A DNA stretch of 59,973 nt from a virus (taxonomy: Duplodnaviria > Caudoviricetes): positions 1 to 59,973 of IMG/VR virus record IMGVR_UViG_3300017743_000009; one strand, 5' to 3'. A program made the position numbers and the translations under genes. Below are positions 1 to 9,800 of the stretch, one piece after another (within the stretch, counting starts at the first letter, position 1; every line of letters starts with the position of its first letter). The notes below the pieces were generated by a model. That model had not been told where the DNA came from. It worked only from the letters and a program-made list of their open reading frames with translations, and did no database searches.

Positions 1-368
1 GTTACTGTTGCATCAGTCTTATATTCTGATGGGCTAGCTTCTCCAAACTCTCTCAAGTTACCAACATGGCTATTAATTGCGTGTGACCACTCTTCCATAG
101 CGTTTCTGATTAGAAAATCTTCATCGTTGATGACTGTAACAGGCCATGGAGCAAATACCCTATTACCAGCAACTTTAAATTTTCTACCAAAATATGGAAC
201 CTCTACAAGACCCAGAGATGAAGCTGGAAGTTGTGAAGCCTTTACCATGAAAGGAGTTTTAAGATCCCCAGCACCATTAACAGGATTATTAATCCTCACT
301 TGGAACAGGGAAGGACGTGCACCGCCTAATACTAGCTGCGATCTAATTTCATTTATATTAAATGCCAT
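1..368 (-). CDS. gp19: Tail tube protein, T4 gp19-like (3' end runs off the window)
   Basis: Not in the ORF track. Manual translation from ATG at 368 (RBS AAGGAG): MAFNINEIRSQLVLGGARPSLFQV...LPASSLGLVEVPYFGRKFKVAGNRVFAPWPVTVINDEDFLIRNAMEEW, with the typical gp19 GGARP / GR.K.AG.R.F..W.VTV.NDEDF motifs; directly downstream of gp18. Confidence 0.95.
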   Translation of the reverse strand, partial: MAFNINEIRSQLVLGGARPSLFQVRINNPVNGAGDLKTPFMVKASQLPASSLGLVEVPYFGRKFKVAGNRVFAPWPVTVINDEDFLIRNAMEEWSHAINSHVGNLREFGEASPSEYKTDATV

Positions 369-381
369 CTCTCTTTACTCC

Positions 382-2457
382 TTAAAATTTACCAACTACT
401 TCTGAGAACTCAACCCCTGACCTTACGGCTACAAAGTTAAGTTGTATAAAGTTAATTGATTTAGCAGGCTTGACATATATATCACCTACAAATTCGTTTC
501 TATCTATTACTTCTCCAGTATTGTTTGAATCGTCACAAACAACTTTAAAGTCGTATATACCTCTTCGTCCTTGTACATCTCTTAAGAATGGTTCAATTAG
601 GTTAACAAACTGAGCTCTTGTAAACTCATCATTAAATTCAAATAATGAGAATTGAGCTGCATTACTAATAGCTTTCTCTAGTACTATGAATAAACGTCTT
701 ACGTTAATTCTATCAAAAGCACTTGGTTTAGCTAGTAATGTTTTGTCACCGAATAGAACTGTTCCTTGTCCTGGGAATGAAACAACTGGGTTAACACCTG
801 ACTTATAGAGTTGATCTCTATATGCTAGTCTAGGATTGAATGCTAGTTTAACAACATTCTTAATTTGACCTCTATTGAATCCTCCTGGGGAGAACCATGC
901 ATCTCTTTCACCATCAGTTCTAGCACAAAGACCAGCAATGTCACCGTTCAATGGTACGTATCTATATACGTCACTGAACTTATCGTATTGATATTTGTAA
1001 CCGCTATCTAAGATACCATATGATGAAGATCTAACAGAGTTTTTAAATGTAACTACGTTATCTGTTTGTGATGATAAGCTTGTTACGTTTACTACATCAG
1101 CTCTATCTGGAGAACCGAATACAACGCAATCCTTTCTTACTTCACAAATATTATCTATGATATAGTTAAGTAGGCCTTCTCCATTAGTTCCACCAACTGC
1201 TTTACCAGTTAATAGTAATGAAATATCCACATCAGCTGAATCGGAGAACATATCATAACCTACGGCTAAATCTCCTAGACTAACTGCTGACTCAGCATTT
1301 CCGTCTGCACCACCAGAAAAGTCATACTTTCTTGGTAACGCTGTTGCTAGAGCAGCCATAGCTGAACCTAATCCTGAAGTTACAGGATTTTTAACTACAT
1401 AGACCCAATTAGATGAATCATTTAATTTATCTAACCAGTATAGTGATTCACCAGATTCGTTTTTAGCATCTGTTGCTCTTGAAAGGTTTGACCACTTCTC
1501 TATAATTGTACCTTTAGTACCTGTAATATCTCCATTACCGTCTATTACAACGACGTGAAGTTCATCACCTGTACCACCTTTACCTTCTACATAAGCTGAA
1601 GTACCTGGAGCTGCATCAAAGTTATCTAAGTAACCCCATTGTCTCTCTAGTACAGTTTCTGCTATAGTTGATGATAAAGTATATCTGTTTTCGAATGTTA
1701 TTATTCTTGTGGCGTCAAAAACCGCTCCACCTGTATCGGTGAATACGTCTGAACCACTTACTGCGATTGATTTAACTTGTAGTTTTTGCTCACCAATTGC
1801 GGTGTTGCCTACGTTAATTAAATCCCCTACCTGTATATCGTTTACTACTTCGTCTAAATAAGCTGTAAGTTGAGTATTAGTAATACTTGATCCAGAGGCA
1901 ATAACATTTAGGTTAGCTGTTAAGCTTCCTGTTCCTATAGTTAAAGATCCAGAAGTAATGTGAGCATTAGTTCCGCCTGAGGCAGCATCTATTGTCACTG
2001 TACTATTGAATGCAGCGCTTGAATCACATAGTTCAACTTTTAATCCATTACCTTTAAGGCCTGGATACTTAGCTGCTAAAATATGATCAGCGTGAGCTGA
2101 ATAGCTCGCTGCATCAAAATCAACTTTATTCTTAATTAGTACGCCTGAGGTGTCACCACCGCTTCCTGATACGATACCTGTAGAGTTTAGGGCAGCACTT
2201 GAAACTGTTCTGACAACATATAATTTATTGCCATAGTTTAAAAAGTTTGATGCGGTAAAGAATGTTTCGAAATTAGATGCTGTTGGTTCACCAAAACGTG
2301 ATACTAAAGAAGTTTCGCTATCAACGAGAACTCTTTGCTCAACAGGACCCCACTCAAATACACCAGCTATTGCACCTTCCGTTGTGGAAACTGCAGGCAC
2401 TACTGTAGTTAAGTCGACTTCGCTAACATTTACACCGGGACTGACTTGAAATGCCAT
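382..2457 (-). CDS. gp18: Contractile tail sheath protein
   Basis: MAFQVSPGVNVSEVDLT N-terminus; WFSPGGFNRG; FGDKTL...FDRINVRRLF; FEFNDEFTR; IYVKPAKSINFIQLNFVA. Confidence 0.98.
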   Translation of the reverse strand: MAFQVSPGVNVSEVDLTTVVPAVSTTEGAIAGVFEWGPVEQRVLVDSETSLVSRFGEPTASNFETFFTASNFLNYGNKLYVVRTVSSAALNSTGIVSGSGGDTSGVLIKNKVDFDAASYSAHADHILAAKYPGLKGNGLKVELCDSSAAFNSTVTIDAASGGTNAHITSGSLTIGTGSLTANLNVIASGSSITNTQLTAYLDEVVNDIQVGDLINVGNTAIGEQKLQVKSIAVSGSDVFTDTGGAVFDATRIITFENRYTLSSTIAETVLERQWGYLDNFDAAPGTSAYVEGKGGTGDELHVVVIDGNGDITGTKGTIIEKWSNLSRATDAKNESGESLYWLDKLNDSSNWVYVVKNPVTSGLGSAMAALATALPRKYDFSGGADGNAESAVSLGDLAVGYDMFSDSADVDISLLLTGKAVGGTNGEGLLNYIIDNICEVRKDCVVFGSPDRADVVNVTSLSSQTDNVVTFKNSVRSSSYGILDSGYKYQYDKFSDVYRYVPLNGDIAGLCARTDGERDAWFSPGGFNRGQIKNVVKLAFNPRLAYRDQLYKSGVNPVVSFPGQGTVLFGDKTLLAKPSAFDRINVRRLFIVLEKAISNAAQFSLFEFNDEFTRAQFVNLIEPFLRDVQGRRGIYDFKVVCDDSNNTGEVIDRNEFVGDIYVKPAKSINFIQLNFVAVRSGVEFSEVVGKF

Positions 2458-2495
2458 CTTATGCTCCTATATTAAAAATTCAAATAGTTTGAATA

Positions 2496-2503
2496 TATTT
2501 ATT
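2496..2503 (-). promoter_or_regulatory. T4-type late promoter (AATAAATA) upstream of gp18
   Basis: NATAAATA box in the gp17-gp18 intergenic gap, upstream of RBS AGGAG; gp33 is encoded in this window. Confidence 0.7.
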
Positions 2504-2522
2504 AAAACCTAGGGTTAGAAAA

Positions 2523-4130
2523 CTACCAGCTCCCCTCTTGGAGATAACCATCAGCTACCTGATCAAAACCATCTTCAACAAACCCAAATGGAAGCATATC
2601 TTCTTCTATCATTTTTGCGTGTTGATCTTGTGTATGTTTTCTAACGTCTGTTTGTGTTAATTCTTTAAAATAATCTTGAATGCTCAACCAACCAAATAAT
2701 ACTAAACACATTACCAAGTCATCATGACAGCCACCTTCGGCTTCATATGATTCACCTTTTTGAGCAAAATGAGTAAGCTCTTCTAAAATTTTATAATCAG
2801 TTATAAAGAGACTATCATTTTCTATTAATGTCTTTAGATTTAGGCATCCTGTTCTTTTGACTTGCTTAGTTGTTCTAACGCCAAAATATTGTCCTCCTGC
2901 ACCAAAACCAGAAGATAAAACCTGACCAGCTCTCCCTCTTGCAGCTGACATTAATACATTTTCTAACTCTAAATCATTATGTATTGATTCAGCAACTGCC
3001 ATTCCTATATCATTTGACTCAACAAGCATATATGCATTGTTATATTTTCTCGATAGCCCTGCTATTACTTGAGGAAAGTTCATAGGTGATATTGTATTGT
3101 TCTGATAAACGGCAACTACCTTTGCTGGTATCTCTGTTACATCAATAACAACAACAGCTGAGTAGTCGTTATTTACCCCTCTTGATGTATCACAAATTGC
3201 TACATAAGTATGACCTTTTATCTGCTCTTCATATAATCTATAATCTTCAGTTTCAGTTATTGGTCTCTTATATACTAATCGTTTTAATACTGAAGGTGAG
3301 ATTAAAGTATTTGATGAACCTATAAACTCACATTCAAACTCTACTCTAAACTGATCAGCAGAGGTATTTCTAATAGTTTGTTCTTTCCATTCTTTATCTC
3401 TTCCTGGCACATCTGACCAATGAACATCTATTCGTTCATACTCATTAATACCCTCTTCACTATCATTCCATATTTTATAGAACAGATTTAAACCATTAGG
3501 TGTTGAGGTAATTAAAACTTTAGATGTCTTACCAGATGAAATCGTAGGATAAACAGAAGCAAAAAACTCTTCTTGAATATGCATAGGTACAAAAGCAAAC
3601 TCATCTAAATAAATTAAGTTAAAAGATCCCCCTCTTATTGCTGAAGCGGATGTAGAAGCAGCTAAAATTTTAGAGCCATTTTCTAACTCAACATTACCTT
3701 TATTCCACTCTACTACTCCTAACTGTAACCATCTTGGAAGATGTTCATATGCTAAGGATATTCGGGCTAAAATTTCTCTTGACTGTTGAGATTTATGAGC
3801 TAGAATAGCTATACTAAAAGACTCATTAAACATTAAATACCATAATAATGTAGCAGCAATAGTAGTTGTTTTACCAGACTGCCTAGGCATCTTACATATA
3901 ACAAATCTTTCATCTTGAACTAGTTTAACTATATCTTCTTGAAAGTCATACAGATTAAAAGGAACTAGACCTTCATCTATATTTACAATCTGTATATAGT
4001 TTTGAATAAAATAAACACAATCAGTAGAACATTTTACAAACTCTTCTACTTGCTCCGGAGTAAACTCTTGAGGAACATTAGCTCGTTTTAAGTTAGGATT
4101 ACCTAAGTAATTTTCTCTAGCTTGATTCAT
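2523..4130 (-). CDS. gp17: Terminase large subunit
   Basis: YLGNPNLK N-terminus; Walker A PRQSGKTT; Walker B LIYLDEFAF; TSTPNG motif III; C-terminal nuclease HDDLVM. No intein seen. Confidence 0.98.
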   Translation of the reverse strand: MNQARENYLGNPNLKRANVPQEFTPEQVEEFVKCSTDCVYFIQNYIQIVNIDEGLVPFNLYDFQEDIVKLVQDERFVICKMPRQSGKTTTIAATLLWYLMFNESFSIAILAHKSQQSREILARISLAYEHLPRWLQLGVVEWNKGNVELENGSKILAASTSASAIRGGSFNLIYLDEFAFVPMHIQEEFFASVYPTISSGKTSKVLITSTPNGLNLFYKIWNDSEEGINEYERIDVHWSDVPGRDKEWKEQTIRNTSADQFRVEFECEFIGSSNTLISPSVLKRLVYKRPITETEDYRLYEEQIKGHTYVAICDTSRGVNNDYSAVVVIDVTEIPAKVVAVYQNNTISPMNFPQVIAGLSRKYNNAYMLVESNDIGMAVAESIHNDLELENVLMSAARGRAGQVLSSGFGAGGQYFGVRTTKQVKRTGCLNLKTLIENDSLFITDYKILEELTHFAQKGESYEAEGGCHDDLVMCLVLFGWLSIQDYFKELTQTDVRKHTQDQHAKMIEEDMLPFGFVEDGFDQVADGYLQEGSW

Positions 4131-4521
4131 TTATTTGTTTCTTAATTAGTTTCTGTAAGTCGCCTGTACTACCTACAAACAAAGTATTGTTTACTGTAGA
4201 TGGATTAGTACCACCGTTAGCAGCTGTTTCTATATTTTGTTTCTTTTTAGATAAGTCCATTAGAGCAATATTAGCATCAGATAAAGTACGTACTAGAGTA
4301 GCTACTACTTCAAATGCTCTGGGGTGCTGAGATTGCTGTGCAACTTCTAGAAGCTCTTGTAATGCATTTGAGCCATTTTCAATAACTTGATATAAGTTAC
4401 CTCTTGCATACTCAAAGTCATTATCTAACTTACTGTCATTTACAATTGCTTTTGCTTTTGTTATATCTTTCTTGAGAGGCTCTAGTTCTAAAAACTCACC
4501 AATAGTATCTTTATTATCCAT
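4117..4521 (-). CDS. gp16: Terminase small subunit
   Basis: DFEYARGNL, HPRAFEV and NNTLFVGSTGDLQKL motifs; overlaps the gp17 start. Confidence 0.93.
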   Translation of the reverse strand: MDNKDTIGEFLELEPLKKDITKAKAIVNDSKLDNDFEYARGNLYQVIENGSNALQELLEVAQQSQHPRAFEVVATLVRTLSDANIALMDLSKKKQNIETAANGGTNPSTVNNTLFVGSTGDLQKLIKKQINESS

Positions 4522-5347
4522 TAAAGTATTTATCTGTCACGAATCCATAGTTATCATTTGCACTAACACTATCTGTATTTATAGCAAGTGTGCTATTAGA
4601 TGTTGGGTTACCGTTAGCATCTAATCCAGGTGTTATAGTTATTCTAGAAGCAGGAGTAGAAATACTATTAATATTAAATACACCTGGTGCACCTGGGTCA
4701 ACATAAAATTGAGTATTTGCTTTTTTAATAAGACCTTTCTTATCTTCTACAGGACCAAATACATATCCTTTTATATCAAATCTTAAAGTATGAATAAGAG
4801 CTCTTCTTGATTCAAAATTACCTTCATAAGAATCTGAAGTATTTAAGCTTTGAAACACTACAGGTATATCAAAACCAAAATCTAATCCATCTATTAATTT
4901 AAGAGTAGCTGTAAACTCAGGAGTAAAATAAGGTAAAATTTGTTCTAATATTCTTACTCCATCTTCTGCATTTTTTACCATAATAGCTAATTCAAAACCT
5001 ATATTGAATGGAGTTGGTGTTCCAACACTAGACAAATTAAATGATTCATCTCTTTTAGCCTGTACTAAATCTCTCATAGGATTCATTCTACGCTCAGGAT
5101 CATACTGAAATGAAATCATCTCAAATGACATTCTCGGTAATTGAATCTGTATCTGTCTATCTAAATTAGGGTCTACATTTAATCTTTCAATAAATTTCTG
5201 TCTGGGACCATAAGAAACAGGCACACGCAAAGTCTGAATAGCATTACCTGATTCATCCTCTCTATCTATCTCTATGTTATTAAACAGAGTACCAAAGTAA
5301 ACTACATACTTTCTTATAACACCGTTGTAATATTTTTTACCAAACAT
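4514..5347 (-). CDS. gp15: Tail sheath stabiliser / tail terminator
   Basis: FGTLFNNI, VPVSYGPRQKF, LPRMSFE and EQILPYFTP motifs; synteny gp13-14-15-16-17. Confidence 0.95.
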   Translation of the reverse strand: MFGKKYYNGVIRKYVVYFGTLFNNIEIDREDESGNAIQTLRVPVSYGPRQKFIERLNVDPNLDRQIQIQLPRMSFEMISFQYDPERRMNPMRDLVQAKRDESFNLSSVGTPTPFNIGFELAIMVKNAEDGVRILEQILPYFTPEFTATLKLIDGLDFGFDIPVVFQSLNTSDSYEGNFESRRALIHTLRFDIKGYVFGPVEDKKGLIKKANTQFYVDPGAPGVFNINSISTPASRITITPGLDANGNPTSNSTLAINTDSVSANDNYGFVTDKYFNG

Positions 5348-6111
5348 TAAAAGTTATTCTCGCTAAATGGGTTGAACTCACTAAAGTCAATAAAGTCAGC
5401 CCCTTCATCTTGGAAGAAGGTTGAATCGTCATCTTTATCTTGAGTTCTTTTATCGTAGTTATCGTTTATAATTTCTTGACCAGATTCTGTAGTTAATGCT
5501 AATCCAGTTTCTAATGTTAGACCTTTTGCATCTAACAAGTATGATTGAGATCTATCTACCTCAATACTATCTACTTCCGGTATACCTGTACTAAATCTCT
5601 CATCTGAATATTCAAATGTTTCTAATGAAAGATCATAAGTTTGAAGATCACCTAATTGATAAAACATTTGATCATGCTTAACAAATTTTATTTCAAACAA
5701 TTTACCTATAGCGTTTTCAGTTGAACCTTTTATCCATGGTAAGAATATAAGATCTCCTTCTCTAGGTCTAGTTATATCAGGCTGAAACTCTTCTATCTCT
5801 TCGTTAAATCTTCTTCGTGCTATAGTAACATTCATCTGATCTTGAATAGTAAGACCAAATCTCTCCATAAAGGCGCCCTGTCCTTCATATCCCTCTACTG
5901 ACTTAATGTATAACTCTAAAGGGTAAGCTAATTCAAATTTAGATAATACAGCTTCTGAGTATAACTGATCTTGACTTACTTGATTTCTTGGTAGGTAAAA
6001 AGATGCTTGGCCATATATAGAAATAGCTTCTATAATAAGATCTTCTATTAAGCGAGATTCACCACTAGCTTCGTAGTTTTGAAAGTATGTTGATCTTCCT
6101 TGTATCGCCAT
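5347..6111 (-). CDS. gp14: Neck protein (head closure)
   Basis: LIEDLIIEAISIYG..YLPR, RPREGDLIFLP, LFEIKFV, FYQLG and DFSEFNPF motifs. Confidence 0.95.
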   Translation of the reverse strand: MAIQGRSTYFQNYEASGESRLIEDLIIEAISIYGQASFYLPRNQVSQDQLYSEAVLSKFELAYPLELYIKSVEGYEGQGAFMERFGLTIQDQMNVTIARRRFNEEIEEFQPDITRPREGDLIFLPWIKGSTENAIGKLFEIKFVKHDQMFYQLGDLQTYDLSLETFEYSDERFSTGIPEVDSIEVDRSQSYLLDAKGLTLETGLALTTESGQEIINDNYDKRTQDKDDDSTFFQDEGADFIDFSEFNPFSENNF

Positions 6112-6117
6112 AGTTCA

Positions 6118-6864
6118 TTACCCTATCATATCAGTTACTGGTAAGCTGTAAGATGATGTCATTTCGGCCTCAAGCTTATTTATTTCTGCTTCTGCCTCAT
6201 TCATTATCTGGCTACCATTAAATGAAACGCCCCCGGGTAATTGTAAACCGCCAAACTTCGATAGGTTAGATCCCCATTGATATTTAATTTTTGCAGTTGC
6301 ATAATTTAAAAGCCATCTATCCTTATAAACGTCATTATAGATTTCCGGGTCAACTATTTTGTATACTTCAGCAATAACATATTCACCAGCTTGCATTTTT
6401 TCCCAATCCATATCTACATAAAGTCTATTAGTATGTCTATTAAATCTAATAGGCTGTCTACCTACTAAAAGTTCTTCTATAAATTGAATATGCTGCATAT
6501 TAGTAAAATATGTAACTAGTGATTGATTGAATGATGTAAGATCATAAAGATCATTTAAAGCAATTTGATATCTTATATTAAATAAATTATTTGTAGATAG
6601 AGCATCTCCAATATCAAATATTCTAACTGCTCCTATAATATTATCAGGAACGGTTAAATATCTATTTTCGATATCAGTTGATGTTAGTGACCATTTATAA
6701 AAATCTCTCTCGACACCGTCAAAATGATAATCCCAATAATATGAAAATGATTCATCTATACGATCTTGAACTTGCATATCCTCTACATTAATTTCTATAA
6801 CAGGAAAGCCAAGTTTACGTAAGCAATAATCTTTAAATTCTGTTCTACTAGTTGGCATTGCCAT
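6118..6864 (-). CDS. gp13: Neck protein (head-tail adaptor)
   Basis: YCLRKLGFPVIEINV; QWGSNLSKFGGLQLPGGVSFNG. Confidence 0.96.
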   Translation of the reverse strand: MAMPTSRTEFKDYCLRKLGFPVIEINVEDMQVQDRIDESFSYYWDYHFDGVERDFYKWSLTSTDIENRYLTVPDNIIGAVRIFDIGDALSTNNLFNIRYQIALNDLYDLTSFNQSLVTYFTNMQHIQFIEELLVGRQPIRFNRHTNRLYVDMDWEKMQAGEYVIAEVYKIVDPEIYNDVYKDRWLLNYATAKIKYQWGSNLSKFGGLQLPGGVSFNGSQIMNEAEAEINKLEAEMTSSYSLPVTDMIG

Positions 6865-6867
6865 TTT

Positions 6868-9800
6868 TTATCCCCAGACTACCGAACCACCACTATCATA
6901 TACTTTTAATAATCTATTTGAACTATCATATAGATCTTCAATGACAGCATTAGCTGCTATAGTTATATCATTAAATTGTACGCTCGCTCCAGTCGCAACA
7001 TCTTGACCAATATGTACACCGGTTGAATTTGATGTTACCCCTGTACCACCTACTACTGCAAATGATCTTGATGCGGCAATATTACCACCACCTGTTAAAC
7101 CATTGCCAGCCGTTAATGTGACAGATGTATGATTAATGTGCTCATTAGCTACAAACCCTGATAATGAGTCATGATTAATTTGTGAATCATTAGTATATAA
7201 ACCTGATGAATTAGCTGTCAGACCAGTTTGTGCATTAATTGCTACTGCCGGTTCCCATCCTTCTCCTGCTGAACCTGTAACATTAATACCGTTACCACCA
7301 GTAACATTATCTACATAGTTACCTGAAGTATCAGTTCCTAATGCAATATCATTCGCTTTAGTATGGAAAGCATATTCAGTACCACCGGCAAGCTTATGAG
7401 TCCATTTATCTGTTGATTCATCCCAGTAGAATAATGCATTTGCTGAATCGCCTCTTTCTACTTCTAAACCTGCGTCTACAGAAGGTGTACCTGTTTGATC
7501 TTTTGCTACTGTTATGATTGCATCTGTTACTGATAAAGTAGCTGTTGAAACAGTTGTTTCTGTACCTGAAATAGTTAAATTACCAGATACATTTACATCA
7601 TTAAACGTTACATTATCTGTAGTTCCTACTGATTGTCCTATATGTACACCAGATGAATTAACTGAAACACCAGTACCTGGTTTAACATATGTACCAGTTG
7701 CATTAGATGTTATACCATTATTAGCAAGTACTCTTACTGTTGAACTATTTACTGCTACACCACTTCCAGCACCTACAGATACTGCAGTTGAGTTAGCAAC
7801 TATACCATTACCAGCACCAACGTTTAATGTTCTAGTAGAAGCAATTGTACCTCCACCAGTTAAACCTGTACCAGCTGTTACTGAAATAGTACTATGATTA
7901 AGGTTTTCATTAGCAACATACCCTGAAAGATTATGAATATCAATATTACCTTCAGCAATAAAGACACCTGTTGAATTAGATACTACTTGATTATTACCTG
8001 CAGCTACGGCTAAAGTTCTAGAAGCAGCTATTGTACCGCCTCCTGAAAGACCGTTACCAGCAGTAATAGTTACTCCTGAATGATCTATATTTTCGTTAGC
8101 GACATAACCTGATAAATTATGAATATCAATATTACCTTCAGTAATAAAGACACCTGAGGTGTTTGATACGACTTGATTATTACCTGCAGCAACTGCTAGA
8201 GTTCTATTAGCTGCTATTGTGCCACCACCAGATAAACCATTACCTGCTGATATCGATACACTTGAATGATCAATATTTTCGTTAGCAACATACCCTGATA
8301 AGTTATGTATATCAAGATTTCCTTCTGCTACAAATATACCTGATGTATTAGATACTATTTGACTATTTCCTGCTACTGCATGAACCCCGGTTGAGTTAGA
8401 TGCAATACCTAAGCCTGCTGTTACAGCAACTGCAGTTGAATTAACTCCAATACCGTTTCCAGCTCCTACTGCAAATGATCTATTAGTAGTGATATCACCA
8501 CCACCTGTTAAACCGCTTCCAGCTGATAAAGTTACTCCACTATGATCTATATGCTCATTAGCTACAAACCCAGATAAAGAATCATGGCTTATTGCTGACG
8601 CATCTGCATATACACCTGATGAGTTAGATATAATACCTGAACCAGCTACTACATGAACTCCTGTTGAGTTAGAAGCAATACCATTACCTGGATTAACTGC
8701 TATAGCAGTATTGTTAGCAGTAATACCGTTTCCTTGACCTGCAGTAATAGTAATAGTTCCTGTTGAACCACCACCTGTTAAACCTGTACCAGCTACTACA
8801 TCAGTAATACTTGAATTACCTACATCGAATCCAGCATCATTATTAAATGCTGATAGAGGTATTTCTGAAATAAGTTTTCTTCTATCTGCTCCGTTATCTA
8901 ATATAATAAGTTCATCTTCTGAATTATCAACTGCTTGAGTCATATCAGTTAATTCAGATAAATCAACGTTTAAAGTAACCGCGCCTGATGTACCACCACC
9001 GCTTAAACCAGTGCCAGCAACTACAGACTCAATGTCTCCCGCATCGTTTGTGAAAGTAAATTGTCCAGTTCCACTATCGTAACTTAAGTCACCTCCAGCA
9101 CTAAATAGACCTTTAATAGTACTTTCATTAATCATTAATTTTGTTGAGTTAGCAGTTAAACCTGTTCCGGCTTCTACGTGTACTCCAGATGCATTAGCTG
9201 ACAAACCAATACCAGCATCTACTGCAAATGATCTAGAAGCAGCTATTGTACCGCCTCCTGATAGTCCGTTACCGGCTGTAAGATTAACTCCACTATGATC
9301 TATATTCTCGTTGGCAACATATCCTGATAAATTATGAATATCAATATTACCTTCAACTACATAAACTCCTGATGAGTTAGATGATACTTTATTATGACCC
9401 GGTTCTACATGAACTCCGGTTGAGTTAGAAGTTAAACCATTTCCTCCAGTAACAGCTACAGATGTATTATTTACTGTAACACCATTACCAGCACCAACGT
9501 TTAATGTTCTAGTTGATGTTAAATCTCCACCGCCAGTTAAACCAGTACCTGGAGAAATCTCAACTGCACTATGATCTATGTTTTCATTAGCAACGTAACC
9601 TGATAAATTGTGAATATCTAAATTACCTTCTGCTACAAATACACCAGATGAATTAGATACTATTTGATTATTACCAGCAGCAACTGCTAAAGTTCTAGTT
9701 GAGGTAATATCACCACCACCAGATAGTCCGCTTCCTGCAGTTATATTAACTCCAGAATGATCTATATTTTCATTAGCTACATACCCTGATAAGTTATGTA

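Noticed and set aside
127-405. 92-aa plus-strand ORF
   Set aside because: Antisense shadow of gp19, which is clearly recognisable on the minus strand.
2523-4130. Intein or intron in the terminase
   Set aside because: Normal length (535 aa) with contiguous motifs.
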